From Fibrobacteria bacterium (GTDB taxonomy: Bacteria > Fibrobacterota > Fibrobacteria > UBA11236 > JADFYW01), in the NCBI GenBank assembly GCA_050294405.1, contig JBNKOC010000007.1, positions 32,001 through 96,000 of the forward strand: a stretch of 64,000 nt of DNA, written 5' to 3'. The position numbers were made by a program, and so were the translations under genes. Below are positions 18,669 to 29,356 of the stretch, piece after piece. Every line of letters starts with the position of its first letter. Position 1 is the first letter of the stretch. The notes under the pieces are model-generated. The model was not told the origin of the DNA. It saw only the letters and a program-made list of their open reading frames with translations, and searched no databases.

Positions 18669-20093
18669 TTAAACTTCCATTTTCTTCCATCCCCCACGGG
18701 AAAAAAGCCATAGGGTAAACAAGCCCACAGATGTTTCAGAAATGAAACATCCCCAAAAGACTCCCAAATGTTCCCAACCAAAATGCATGGCTAATGTATA
18801 GGAAAGAGGAATTTGAATAATCCAGAAAAAAACCAGGTTAATTAAGGTTGGGGTTTTTGTATCTCCCGCTCCATTAAAAGCTTGAACGGATACCATCCAC
18901 CATCCATATACAAAATAGGAATAAGAAAGAATTTTCAGCCACTCGGCTCCTATTTTAATGACAGCTTCATCCTGGGAAAAGATAAAAATCAGTTCCCGGT
19001 TAAATAGGAAGTATACAAGAGATACAACCAGCAAAAACAACATATTTATAAAGCCAATTATCCACACGGAAGACTCAGCCCTTTGAGCATTTTTCGCCCC
19101 TAAGTTTTGACCCACTAGAGTTGCAGCCGCATTGGAAAGCCCCCAGGCGGGCATCAATGTAAACATCATAATCCTAACAGAAATGGTTGCTCCAGCCACG
19201 GCGGAACTTCCCAAACTAGCTAAAATCCGCATTAGAAAAACCCAGGAAGTGGTCGCCAGCATCATTTGTCCCATTCCGCCCAAAGATGTCTTAAACAAGT
19301 TTAAAAGAATCTTACCATCCCATTTTAGATGCTCCCTTTTTACTCTTATGTGTTTCCCACCTTTAAATAAAATCCAGAGCTGCATAACGACTCCGACCCC
19401 ACGTCCGATATTAGTGGCCATAGCAGCGCCCTCGATTCCAAAAGCAGGAATGGGACCAAATCCAAAAATAAGCAGAGGGTCCAAAACTATATTTAAGCCA
19501 TTGGCTACCCAAAGCACCTTCATAGCAATGGCAGCGTCCCCTGCCCCTCTGAAAATGGCATTAATAACAAAGATGCAAATAATAACCGCGTTCCCCCCTA
19601 ACATCCAGAGGGTATATTTATAACCCACATCCACCGCCCAGGCATCAGCCCCCATTAGCCGTAACAAGTCCTGAGAAAAAAACAGGCCCACCAGAGCAAA
19701 GGGGATGGAAGCTAATATTGCGTACACAATCGCCTGGACGGCTGTAACACCGGCCTCAGCCCTATTATTTTCACCAATACGCCTGGAAACCAGAGCAGTA
19801 ACTGCCGTAGCTAAACCCATAGCCACAGAATACAGCAAAAACATAAAGGTTTCGGTTATACCCACTGTCGCCACTGCGGATGGGCCAAGCTTCCCCACAA
19901 AGAATATGTCTACTACTGCAAAACTGGACTCCATAACCAATTCCAAAATCATGGGTATGGCTAAAAGGAAAATAGCCCTACCCAAGGGGATTTTTGTGTA
20001 GTCTGCTTCTGTTCCCCGGATAGCTGCAACTAAATCTTTCCAAAAACCAGTTTTTGAATTATTTGGATATTCTGTTTCTGTAAAATTTTGCAT
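18669..20093 (-). CDS. MATE family efflux transporter
   Basis: LAIPMIL, VDIFFVGKLG, FRGAGD, NIVLDPLLIFG, LVGQNLGA; 12 TM helices. Confidence 0.95.
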   Translation of the reverse strand: MQNFTETEYPNNSKTGFWKDLVAAIRGTEADYTKIPLGRAIFLLAIPMILELVMESSFAVVDIFFVGKLGPSAVATVGITETFMFLLYSVAMGLATAVTALVSRRIGENNRAEAGVTAVQAIVYAILASIPFALVGLFFSQDLLRLMGADAWAVDVGYKYTLWMLGGNAVIICIFVINAIFRGAGDAAIAMKVLWVANGLNIVLDPLLIFGFGPIPAFGIEGAAMATNIGRGVGVVMQLWILFKGGKHIRVKREHLKWDGKILLNLFKTSLGGMGQMMLATTSWVFLMRILASLGSSAVAGATISVRIMMFTLMPAWGLSNAAATLVGQNLGAKNAQRAESSVWIIGFINMLFLLVVSLVYFLFNRELIFIFSQDEAVIKIGAEWLKILSYSYFVYGWWMVSVQAFNGAGDTKTPTLINLVFFWIIQIPLSYTLAMHFGWEHLGVFWGCFISETSVGLFTLWLFSRGGWKKMEV

Positions 20094-20220
20094 AAGAGGG
20101 CTAATATAATTTAAAGCTGCAGAAATTGGCTTTATATGAATAAACTAATAGTTTGTTTTTGGGTTTAGTGGATACACCCCTTAACCAAAAAAAGGCCTTT
20201 TTAAACAAGGGAATCAAACT

Positions 20221-21324
20221 TTGCCTTCGAAACTTAGCCAAAACATTTACTGTTGGGGCCTAATGGGTTTAACCCTTTTATTTAGCGCATGTATATTGAA
20301 TGAACAAGGGGAAGATATTCCCCAAAGCAATTTTAATTTACAGCTGTTGGTTAATGCAGAAAACCCCATTCGAAGCTGGCGACCTTATCCCTATAATAAA
20401 AGTCTGGTGGGTCTGAAATTTGCGTTTAGAAGTACAGATTATGTTGCGGAAACAGACAGCAACATGGCGCGCTTTAACAATGAAACGAATCGCTTACCAG
20501 CTATGGCAGGGGCCTATTTTGATTTGTCCAGCAAGGCAGAAAACCTGGAAGTTTTCCTAAACAGCCTGGATAGCTACCGCACTATCCCATACATTAGCCT
20601 GGACCCTAAAGATTGGGACGAACCTGATATAGCCTACCAAAAAACCTTTTTGAGCTTGATTTTAGCAGGCCAGTTTGACAGCCAATTAATAACCTTTGCC
20701 GAAACAATAAAAAACTTCTCCAAATTGGTTTTACTGCGTTTTGGCCACGAGATGAATGGAAATTGGTACCCCTATTTTGGCGGAGGCGATGCCAATGCCG
20801 ATGGAAAGGCTGATGGTCCAGATGTATTTATTCAAACCTGGAGATATGTATATCAATTGTTTGAAAACCAGGGAGTAGAAAATACTCTCTGGGTATTTTG
20901 CCCGGCTGCACACGATTATCCAGCCCAAAACTGGAACCGGCCTTTTAAATATTACCCTGGCCATGATTATGTGGATCTAATTGCAACAGATGTATATGAA
21001 CATGAGGAAAATGGGACCCAAAATCTTAGGGATGCCTTAGGATACTTTTACAACGAAATGGGCCTTTTTTATGAAGAGCAGTGGGCAAAAGGAGATTCCA
21101 CCATAAAACCTTTTGGCCTTGGAGAATTTGGCACAAATCGAAAAAGTGTAGAAAGTAAAGCGGTTTGGTATAAGGAAGCCTTAGAGATAATTGCCGCGGA
21201 TGCCCGCATTCAATTTCATTTTTTATACAATGAAAAAAACGGTGTAGATGACTTTTCCATTACCGGCCTGGGAGAAGACATTAAAAAGGCATACGAAAAG
21301 ACGGCTTTCCAATTTCAGCTTTAA
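20221..21324 (+). CDS. Glycoside hydrolase family 26 lipoprotein (beta-mannanase-like)
   Basis: Lipobox FSAC; RFGHEMNGNWY acid/base motif; YYPGHDYVD; GEFG nucleophile. Confidence 0.88.
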   Translation: MPSKLSQNIYCWGLMGLTLLFSACILNEQGEDIPQSNFNLQLLVNAENPIRSWRPYPYNKSLVGLKFAFRSTDYVAETDSNMARFNNETNRLPAMAGAYFDLSSKAENLEVFLNSLDSYRTIPYISLDPKDWDEPDIAYQKTFLSLILAGQFDSQLITFAETIKNFSKLVLLRFGHEMNGNWYPYFGGGDANADGKADGPDVFIQTWRYVYQLFENQGVENTLWVFCPAAHDYPAQNWNRPFKYYPGHDYVDLIATDVYEHEENGTQNLRDALGYFYNEMGLFYEEQWAKGDSTIKPFGLGEFGTNRKSVESKAVWYKEALEIIAADARIQFHFLYNEKNGVDDFSITGLGEDIKKAYEKTAFQFQL

Positions 21325-21545
21325 AAAGCTCAAAATAATTATTGCTGGGTATCAAAAAACTCAAATTTTCAAGGCAATCCTTGTAAAGCTATGGAACAGC
21401 TTTTTTTCCTTCTTTAATACAGTTAAAATTGAAGAGAATGGTAAAATAATCGAATATTAATTCCGTTATTTACAGCAGTTAGGCGCTATTAAAATTAAAA
21501 AGAAAGAAGTTACTGTGCTCAGTTGCTTTTATTCAGGAGGCTCAC

Positions 21546-21992
21546 ATGCCCAAATTTCTGATTGTAGATGATGAAATTGTGAACACATTATTGTTGGAAA
21601 AGATTCTTGCAAATTTTGGAGAATGTATAAGTGCGAACTCGGGCGAAGAAGCATTAACCGAAATTGAAAATGAAATAAAAGCCGAGAGCCACTTTGATAT
21701 TATCTTTTTGGATATTATGATGCCAAACCTGGATGGCCATGAATTGCTGCAAAGATTGCGGAAAACTGAGAACGAAAACAATTCTCCTAAATCCATTGTA
21801 ATGATGGTTTCAGCTCTGGACGATGCGGATACTGTGCTTCAATCTTTTATTTATGATTGCCAGGAATATATTACGAAACCCGTCCGCAAGGCCACAATTG
21901 TTGAGAAAATCCAAAAGTACGGTTTTTTTCCATGCTCCAAAATTCCTTTGGAAAAAGAAAGCATGGATTATTTTAACAATCCTTTATATTGA
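21546..21992 (+). CDS. Single-domain CheY-like response regulator
   Basis: AGGAGG RBS; LIVDD, FLDIMMP, SA, YITKP. Confidence 0.92.
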   Translation: MPKFLIVDDEIVNTLLLEKILANFGECISANSGEEALTEIENEIKAESHFDIIFLDIMMPNLDGHELLQRLRKTENENNSPKSIVMMVSALDDADTVLQSFIYDCQEYITKPVRKATIVEKIQKYGFFPCSKIPLEKESMDYFNNPLY

Positions 21993-21993
21993 A

Positions 21994-23679
21994 TTACAAC
22001 TGGATGTTAATGGTACTTGCAGTACTGGCTCCGATTTTCAATCTTGCCAAATAATGCCCAGAGCTTAAATAATGAGGCAACTTAATTTGGTGAAACCCCG
22101 AATGTTTATAGCCTGCATGAAGAGTTGTTTTAATTTTGCCTTTTGAATCCAATATTTCAAGCTTTACGAAACGGCCTTTGTCCAAATTGAAGCTCAGCCA
22201 TTTCCCATTTTGGGCCAATAATTGATTTCCATTAACCTTCCCGACATAGGGCTTTTTATTGGAGACAATATCAACTGAATCATTCAATACCATAAATTGA
22301 TATAGGCTGTATCCGCTGTTTGTTCCCCGTTCAACACCCTGCATCCTTACATAACGGGCATTGGTTTTTTCAAAAGTTTCATCAGTTATGGAGCGCGCGC
22401 CTCCCGCAGAAGTGCTAAATACATCTGCCCATTCACTTTCATCAGAAGATACCTGTATCTTAAAAGATTGGGCATAACTGGAATCCCATTTTAAAATTAC
22501 CCGATTAAATTCCATTTCGGATCCCAAGTCCACCTGAATCCATTCCTCATCTGAATTTGAACTGGTCCATTTTCCATTCATATAATTGCGCCAAGTTTTG
22601 GAGCTAACAATAACATCCTCCCCCATGCTGCCAAGTGAAGAAGAAGCAGTTACAGTTTTGTTTAATGCAAGATTTCGTTCTTCCTCAATAGGCCGCCAAA
22701 TGCCTGCATCGGGATCTACTTCCCAATCCTGATAGTAATTCAGCACCAGGGAATCATTTGGAGTGAATGAAACGGGCAAAAATACATAATCACCTAGCCG
22801 GGCAGGGTCTGGTTTTTCCCATCGGTCTCCCACATACATGCGCACCGTATCCTGCGGGCCGTTAAAATTGAATACGAAATCACATTGGGTATCCCAACTG
22901 TTATTAGCCGTGTTTCCCGGAACCATTACAGGTATCAGGCGGTCAGTCCAGGGACCGTCAATACTTGGAGCTGTATAATATTGAGTGGCGGTGGATTCGG
23001 TCCATAAGGTGAGAGAAGTGAGATAATAATATAACCCATTGCCCTTCATAACCAGGTTGGCTTCCCGTTGGCCCCTATCCCAAAGATGTATTCTCTCCCC
23101 CACACTCAAATAGTCAGAAGATAAGCGCGATAAAGCATGTTGGGAAATACCGCCTGAGTTGGCGCCTGGAATACTGTCCCAAACATAGGCTAAATAAGCT
23201 TGTCCATCTGTGTCCTGATAAACAGACATGTCTCCAATGTTATATCCATAAACTTTATAATTATCAATGAGTGTAAAGGGGCCTTCAGGAGCATCAGAAG
23301 TGGCTATCCCCAGCTCAGCCCCATCGCTTGCTCCGGTTTTTAAAAACATCACGTATTGTTCCGTATCCTCGTTGTATATAACATCCACACGGTTGGTACT
23401 AGGGGCTTCCAAGGCTACTCCTTCATAAGTCCAATGAAGCAGATCTTTGGAACTATAGCATGTCTGATCGGTAAAACGATTTGCGCTGCCATACCAATAG
23501 TAGGTATCGCCAAATTTTCGCATGGCGCCGCTACGGGTATTGATTTTATTACCATCCAAGTCATACATAAAAAAATCATTATGTAATGTGAGCCATTTGG
23601 CCTGGATTACAGTTGCCGATGCTAAAAAACAACTCAAAATTATGGCGAATTTAAGGCTAAAATTTCTGCTTAAAAACAT
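21994..23679 (-). CDS. GH43 glycoside hydrolase (GH43_24-like) with CBM32 (F5/8 type C) and C-terminal sorting-like domain
   Basis: YYWYG, YSSKDLLHW, GDMSVYQD, REA, DTQ, GDRW; NLALNKTVTASS, WIQVDLG, ARYVRM. Confidence 0.88.
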   Translation of the reverse strand: MFLSRNFSLKFAIILSCFLASATVIQAKWLTLHNDFFMYDLDGNKINTRSGAMRKFGDTYYWYGSANRFTDQTCYSSKDLLHWTYEGVALEAPSTNRVDVIYNEDTEQYVMFLKTGASDGAELGIATSDAPEGPFTLIDNYKVYGYNIGDMSVYQDTDGQAYLAYVWDSIPGANSGGISQHALSRLSSDYLSVGERIHLWDRGQREANLVMKGNGLYYYLTSLTLWTESTATQYYTAPSIDGPWTDRLIPVMVPGNTANNSWDTQCDFVFNFNGPQDTVRMYVGDRWEKPDPARLGDYVFLPVSFTPNDSLVLNYYQDWEVDPDAGIWRPIEEERNLALNKTVTASSSLGSMGEDVIVSSKTWRNYMNGKWTSSNSDEEWIQVDLGSEMEFNRVILKWDSSYAQSFKIQVSSDESEWADVFSTSAGGARSITDETFEKTNARYVRMQGVERGTNSGYSLYQFMVLNDSVDIVSNKKPYVGKVNGNQLLAQNGKWLSFNLDKGRFVKLEILDSKGKIKTTLHAGYKHSGFHQIKLPHYLSSGHYLARLKIGASTASTINIQL

Positions 23680-23850
23680 AGTTCCCCCAATGGTTAGCAG
23701 AGCCGCCCCTTCCCAACAACTCCTGTCCTATCAGCTTGAAATTTAAAGATTTATGAGACTTTTTTCAATAAGCTTTTAACTCGTGATTCTAAAGAATTTC
23801 AAATTTAGCCTTTTATTCTTTTTTTGGCCGGTTAAAAACCCAGTCCTGTT

Positions 23851-23871
23851 TTTATCGGCTAAAGCCGGGAA
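23851..23871. repeat. Intergenic motif copy 1, TTTATCGGCTAAAGCC-GGGAA
   Basis: 16-nt exact match to 35429-35444; contains the GGCT-AA-AGCC palindrome. Confidence 0.5.
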
Positions 23872-23947
23872 TATTCCTGCATCTCTAATTTAGCGATTTT
23901 ATAAAGGTTTACTATCTTTATATTCAGTTGTTCTTAAAAAAATAGTA

Positions 23948-26900
23948 GTGTCTATGATAAATTCTTTCTTCCAGAAAAAATGGCTGTGGCCAGTTTTAAT
24001 CGCTTTATGCCTTTTCTTCAGCTTAAACGGCTGCCTATTTAATTCGAAGTCTTCCGACGAGGTAGTGGTGAATTTCTCACACCCAAACGAAGAAGCTATA
24101 ACGTCAGAAACCCATTCGGTAAAAGTCAAAGTAGTTTACCCAAATGGGGATTCCCTCATTTTGTACCAGGGCCCAATTACTAAAGGCCCCTGGAAAGGGA
24201 CTGTTAAAAAAAGCAATATGGATTTAATAATATCCCAATTTGATAGCCTGGGGACGGAGTTGGTTAGTGAAACCTACTCATATTCTTTTCAAAATGGAAC
24301 TCTTAAAATTCAGAATAAATTAGAGCTTCATCCTGCAAGCGTGGAGTTGGTAGAAGGGGGAAATCCAATCCAAATTAATGCAAAATTATTTCCTTCAACC
24401 TTAAATTTATCAATAACCTGGGAAAGCTCTGATAGCACTATTGCCAAAATCACATCAGAAGGAATACTAGACCCCGTTTCTCCCGGTCAGACTTTAATCA
24501 TTGCCAGTGTAGGAGAAACTTTAAAAGATAGCGTGTTTGTTACTGTCCTTTCTTCCTCAGAGAATCCCAATCCAATCTCACTTATTTCAGGATTAAAAGA
24601 TACCTTGGTTAATATAGGGGACGATGTGGATTTTTCAGTCTTAGCCGAGGGACAAAACCTCCAATACAAATGGTTCCTGAATAATATCGAACAAGAACTA
24701 GCGACACAGTCCGCTTTTACTCTTCCTAGTATCACTGCAAATTTAAATGGGGCGCAAATTTCTGTTGAAATTTACAACGGGGATACAAGTATCCTTTCCA
24801 GCTCAATACTGTGGGTATCAGACCCTGCCGCTCCCCTTGCATTTTTAAAATTTCAAGCTGATACCGTGTTGGTTAATGGGTCTTCTGTCCTGTTTTCAAC
24901 TATAGTGAATAAATTGAAAACTGTGGGATACTCCTGGACTAAAGATGGAACCATGCTTTCTGATTCCTCCAAGTTCATATTAAGTAATGTATCTGAACTA
25001 GATGCAGGCCAATATATTTTAAATGTAAATTGGGAGTCGGAAACATTATCTGATAGTTTTTACTTAACGGTAAGTGCACCAGCCACATATACTATAAGCC
25101 TCTTAGCTGGAGAAAATGGGAAAATCACCCAAGCTGGTAATTCTGTAACTACAGTAACCGCAGCCGAAGGTTCATCCTCAACCTTTAATTTTGAACCAGA
25201 TGAGGGATATGTTATTACTCAAGTATTAATTGATGATGTGGAAAATGCAAGTGCTTTAGAAGAAGCAGAGTATACATTTAATGATATTGATCAAAATCAC
25301 AGTATCGAGGTTTTATTTGGAAAAGCGCAATATTCCCTAACTATTTCGATAAATCCAGATCTGAATGCTGGTAGCGTAAATAAAACGCCAGACAATACAG
25401 ATTATGCTACCAATTCGGTAGTAAGCCTTAAAGCGGTGCCCAATGAAGGTTATCAATTCAAGGATTGGAGCGGGAATTCTCCAGAGTTTTCCAATTCAAG
25501 TGACAGCTTACAAGTTACAATACAAGACGAAAATATCATCGGAGCTGCAAATTTTGAACGAATTCCTGTGACCTTAACCTTTTTCAGCAGTCCTGGTGGC
25601 AGCAATAACCCGGGAAATCCAGAAACCAACAATTCAGATTTTTATTGGGGAGATACTATAAATATATCGGCAAACCCCAATAGCGAAGAAGGCTGGCAAT
25701 TTACGGGTTGGGAAGTAAATGTATCCAGCTCCACTCTTATCACTTATGTTAACGGAACAACAGCCTCCAGTGAAAATGCCAATATTGTCCTGACCGGTGA
25801 AAACATTGAGCTAACTGCAAATTATTCCATGGAAATATTTACCATTACTGTAAACCAAGGCACAGGAGGCGGTATTTATGCAGATGGCAATTTGGCCCAG
25901 CAAACCATCAATGTTGGTTACGGTTCTTCGAAAGAGTTTATTTTCACAGCAGACATTGGAAATAGCCTGTCCAATGTCTTAATTGACGGGGTTTCAAATG
26001 CGGAAGCTATTGCCAATGCATCATATACCTTTCAAAATATCACTCAAAACCACACCATAAGCGCAACTTTTACTCTGCTTCAATATGGCGTCAATTTTGA
26101 TTTGGATAATAAAGGCGCTCGAACTGGAGGCGGGGCTTTAGTCCAAAACGTCAATCACGGGGAAGCAGCAGTCGCTCCAAGTGTTCAGGGAAATGTAGGT
26201 TGGATATTTGACGGCTGGGATAAAAGTTTTAACAATGTTACATCTGACTTAGTTGTTACTGCCACCTACCTACCCGAAACTTATTCCATAACTGTTGTGG
26301 CAGGCACTGGAGGCAATGTAAGCCCTTCGGGATTGCGAACAGTTGCCCATGGTAGCAACTTAAATATTTCCGCAACTCCCACTTCTGGTTATGTTTTCCA
26401 GAACTGGACCACCAGTGGATTAAACATTACAAACTCTAACTCTGCTTCCACCAGCATAACCAATGTTACTTTTGACGGCACCGCCACCGCAAATTTTTTA
26501 AAACTATGGGCTTGCGGAGATCCTTTAGTGGACGACCGTCCCAATTTAGTGCAAGAAACCTATTCAACCGTTGCTGTCGGGAACCAATGTTGGATGGGGG
26601 AAAATTTAAGAGCCGGAACGTTTTTATACTCCCCCTCATACACCCAAGACCCATCTAATAATACCGTTGAAAAATATTGTTGGAATGACGAACCTGCCCA
26701 ATGTGAGACAGATGGAGGTTTTTACGTATGGCAGGAATTAATGGCGAACGATTCTACCCCAAAATCCCAGGGGATATGCCCTAATGGATGGCATGTTCCA
26801 GACACAACTGAATTTCGAATTTTAATTAACAGTGCAGTGGATATCAATTTGGGGGGGAATGGAACTTTTTACATTGAAGGTCGATCTTTTGGTACAGGGG

Positions 26901-27037
26901 TTCCGTGGTATTGGCTTTCCGATCAACAATCGGGGCCTGCTGCGCCCTTTGCTGTGAGCATTCGGGAGGCCGGCCCCCAAATTGAATATTGGTTTTCGAG
27001 CCTTACTGCTTATTACGCCAGATGCATTAAAGACTAA
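23948..27037 (+). CDS. Surface lipoprotein with Big_2/Ig domains, InlB-B-like repeats and a C-terminal FISUMP (Fib_succ_major) domain
   Basis: Lipobox LNGC; TWESSDSTIAKI; repeated GY.F..W; YSTVAVGNQCWMGENL, QGICPNGWHVP, ARCIKD. Confidence 0.85.
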   Translation: MSMINSFFQKKWLWPVLIALCLFFSLNGCLFNSKSSDEVVVNFSHPNEEAITSETHSVKVKVVYPNGDSLILYQGPITKGPWKGTVKKSNMDLIISQFDSLGTELVSETYSYSFQNGTLKIQNKLELHPASVELVEGGNPIQINAKLFPSTLNLSITWESSDSTIAKITSEGILDPVSPGQTLIIASVGETLKDSVFVTVLSSSENPNPISLISGLKDTLVNIGDDVDFSVLAEGQNLQYKWFLNNIEQELATQSAFTLPSITANLNGAQISVEIYNGDTSILSSSILWVSDPAAPLAFLKFQADTVLVNGSSVLFSTIVNKLKTVGYSWTKDGTMLSDSSKFILSNVSELDAGQYILNVNWESETLSDSFYLTVSAPATYTISLLAGENGKITQAGNSVTTVTAAEGSSSTFNFEPDEGYVITQVLIDDVENASALEEAEYTFNDIDQNHSIEVLFGKAQYSLTISINPDLNAGSVNKTPDNTDYATNSVVSLKAVPNEGYQFKDWSGNSPEFSNSSDSLQVTIQDENIIGAANFERIPVTLTFFSSPGGSNNPGNPETNNSDFYWGDTINISANPNSEEGWQFTGWEVNVSSSTLITYVNGTTASSENANIVLTGENIELTANYSMEIFTITVNQGTGGGIYADGNLAQQTINVGYGSSKEFIFTADIGNSLSNVLIDGVSNAEAIANASYTFQNITQNHTISATFTLLQYGVNFDLDNKGARTGGGALVQNVNHGEAAVAPSVQGNVGWIFDGWDKSFNNVTSDLVVTATYLPETYSITVVAGTGGNVSPSGLRTVAHGSNLNISATPTSGYVFQNWTTSGLNITNSNSASTSITNVTFDGTATANFLKLWACGDPLVDDRPNLVQETYSTVAVGNQCWMGENLRAGTFLYSPSYTQDPSNNTVEKYCWNDEPAQCETDGGFYVWQELMANDSTPKSQGICPNGWHVPDTTEFRILINSAVDINLGGNGTFYIEGRSFGTGVPWYWLSDQQSGPAAPFAVSIREAGPQIEYWFSSLTAYYARCIKD

Positions 27038-27137
27038 GCTTGTAGCAACAAGCACTTAAGCTTTCAAAAAATGGTTAATCTTCTTGTAAGATTAGCCCTA
27101 CTTACAAAGAATTTCTAATTGGCTAAACGGGATTGGA

Positions 27138-28517
27138 TTACTCGTCCCAGTTTTTACGTTGGGGATTAGTATAGGGATCTTTACAGAGCACGCAATCATC
27201 CCCATAAAAATAATGTTTTCCTCCTTCATCTCCATAAATCCAATAACGCATCCAGGCTATAATAGCAGGCCGGTGACTTCCACCGCCATCTTTTTCAATA
27301 TAGGTGTGCGCTGTATTCGCTCTGGTGGCTAAAAATGTTTGAACATTTGAAGCATCAAAAGTAGGCTGTCCAAAACTAACATCTGCAGAACCATTTAGCT
27401 GTAGCATTGGACCTTTTAAATCAGGAACTAAATCATGGCCATGTATGGAAACGGTAGTAAATATTTCCTCTTTTGCTCCTAAATTTACTGCCGCAGTACC
27501 TCCTACTGAAAAACCCATAGCCACAGCTCGGTCTGTCCAAATTTTTCCTTCAAATTTACTCCCAGAGACTGTATTCTGCCCTAAAATCCATTCTAAACCT
27601 GTTTCCATGGTCCGGGTATTCCCATCTCCAGGGTAAGGCCCTTCACTCAAAACAGGAGTACCAACCACCACAAAACCATGGGAAGCAAAGTGAGTTAACA
27701 AAGTGTTATGTATGGGCTCAACGGTTTGGTTAATTCCTGGCCCAAAAACTATAGGAGCATGCAAAAAGCCATTTTCCCCCATTGTTTCTGGCCTAAAAAC
27801 TATATAGCCATTTCCCGGACCAACATTTCTCTCGACCACTGTACTATAAGGCCCCATAGCTGAATAATCCTCAACTGGAGGCAAGGTTAATTCTTTTTCC
27901 AACGTTATTTCTATTCCAGTTTCGGATTCTGCTTCCAAGGCGTAGCTGGTTGTTTTGTAACCTTCCTTTTCAACTATCAAGGAATCAATAGCGGCTGCAC
28001 TGGCAACTGATTTTAAAAGATCTTGACTCATGGCTACTGAAAACTCGTGGTTAATATTAGCCGCAAAAATTTTTCCGTTAAGTTTATGGCCATCTGCTTG
28101 AATAGTTACAAGATAAATGGCCTCATTTAATTGGGGAACTTTAATACTGTGCTCACCGGAGTTGAGTTGAGCTAAATTAATATCCATCACTTTGCGGCCT
28201 TGTGAATTTGAAATTTTGATGCTTAAATTAGATACATCAATATTTGAGTTGAACTTCAGTTGGCTCTGATTAAGGCGAAAATGAGTAAAATAGCTTCCCA
28301 TTTTTTTTCCAGATTTTCCAAAAATTGAAGTCGAAACTGTAAGGGAAAAGGCGCCCCCGGCACTGGTGGTGTCTCGGATTTCAGTGTCCGAAGCAAGGTA
28401 AACTACAGCATCTGCCAGGCCATTTCCATTTGAATCTTTAACCTGTCCACTGTATTCTGAATTTGCCAGCGCAATAAATAGTGGGACCATAAAAATGGCT
28501 TTAATTAATTTTTTCAT
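27138..28517 (-). CDS. Secreted alpha/beta hydrolase (cutinase/chlorophyllase/PETase-like fold) with N-terminal accessory domains
   Basis: GAGGAG RBS before ATG 28517 (ORF track starts at 28547); HFASHGFVV, nucleophile GFSVGG, GSAD, AH, AWMRY. Confidence 0.8.
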   Translation of the reverse strand: MKKLIKAIFMVPLFIALANSEYSGQVKDSNGNGLADAVVYLASDTEIRDTTSAGGAFSLTVSTSIFGKSGKKMGSYFTHFRLNQSQLKFNSNIDVSNLSIKISNSQGRKVMDINLAQLNSGEHSIKVPQLNEAIYLVTIQADGHKLNGKIFAANINHEFSVAMSQDLLKSVASAAAIDSLIVEKEGYKTTSYALEAESETGIEITLEKELTLPPVEDYSAMGPYSTVVERNVGPGNGYIVFRPETMGENGFLHAPIVFGPGINQTVEPIHNTLLTHFASHGFVVVGTPVLSEGPYPGDGNTRTMETGLEWILGQNTVSGSKFEGKIWTDRAVAMGFSVGGTAAVNLGAKEEIFTTVSIHGHDLVPDLKGPMLQLNGSADVSFGQPTFDASNVQTFLATRANTAHTYIEKDGGGSHRPAIIAWMRYWIYGDEGGKHYFYGDDCVLCKDPYTNPQRKNWDE

Positions 28518-28716
28518 TTTTGAACTCCTCAATTCGGCAAGCTCCAATCTGGGTTTATATGATTGGAGCTAAGATGCTACAGTAAAATTAGGCTTTTTCT
28601 CATATCCTCATATGAATTCTTTGGCTAATTTATGTAAAAAAACGGAGTTAAAACAGGCTATTAAGCCATTTTGGAGATTTTCGAGGGATTTAGGCGTTTG
28701 GTGTTTCCTGGCTGTT

Positions 28717-29250
28717 TTAGCCTGCGAAATCGATGACTTTGGTTTTTTTTGCAAAAAGTTTAGAAAGTAAATTTTGACCAAGGACCAAAAATATTCCAAC
28801 CATAATAACAACATCAGCATAGTTGAAAATTCCAGTTCTAAGGCTGCCTATCCCCATGTTCATAAAATCAGTAACGGATTTATATAAGACTCTGTCCATT
28901 ATATTTCCAATTCCACCAGCAATTACCAAGCTGTATCCAAGCAATTCAAACAAAGGCATCTTCTTTTTTATTAACAAAATGAAAAGCCCCAAAACCAAAG
29001 CAAATATTGGGAACACAGTAAATAAAATTAACCTGTGGGAATCTTTTAAACCAGCGCCAAAACTTAACATAGCCCCTTTATTTTCCACTTTAGTGAGGTA
29101 AAAACTTTCACCTAAAACCGGAATAACTTCGTGGTATTCCAGATTGTTACGAACAATTTTTTTACTGGCCTGATCGCAGCCAATATTCATAAAAATAAAA
29201 AGGAGTATGAGACTACCCCTCTTTAGATTTTTCCATTTCAATTTGCCCAA
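28717..29250 (-). CDS. lspA: Lipoprotein signal peptidase II
   Basis: DQASK, NKGAMLS, GGIGNIMDR, VTDF, FNYAD. Confidence 0.93.
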   Translation of the reverse strand: MGKLKWKNLKRGSLILLFIFMNIGCDQASKKIVRNNLEYHEVIPVLGESFYLTKVENKGAMLSFGAGLKDSHRLILFTVFPIFALVLGLFILLIKKKMPLFELLGYSLVIAGGIGNIMDRVLYKSVTDFMNMGIGSLRTGIFNYADVVIMVGIFLVLGQNLLSKLFAKKTKVIDFAG

Positions 29251-29356
29251 TATTTATCCTTATTTTCAACAATACGGCTTTAATAATTTACAAGTTTTTT
29301 CAAACTTTAGGCAATCTCCTTTTAGAGAATATTTAGGTACTGGAAATTTTATTGGC

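Noticed and set aside
19132..20001. Antisense ORFs within the MATE gene, and similar short ORFs opposite or inside the SSS, GSIII, giant protease and alg genes
   Set aside because: They are shadow frames of well-supported genes and have no recognisable motifs
23851..23885. Canonical sigma-28 promoter
   Set aside because: GCCGATAA is present on the minus strand but there is no TAAA -35 at 15-nt spacing in either copy; kept only as an unexplained motif
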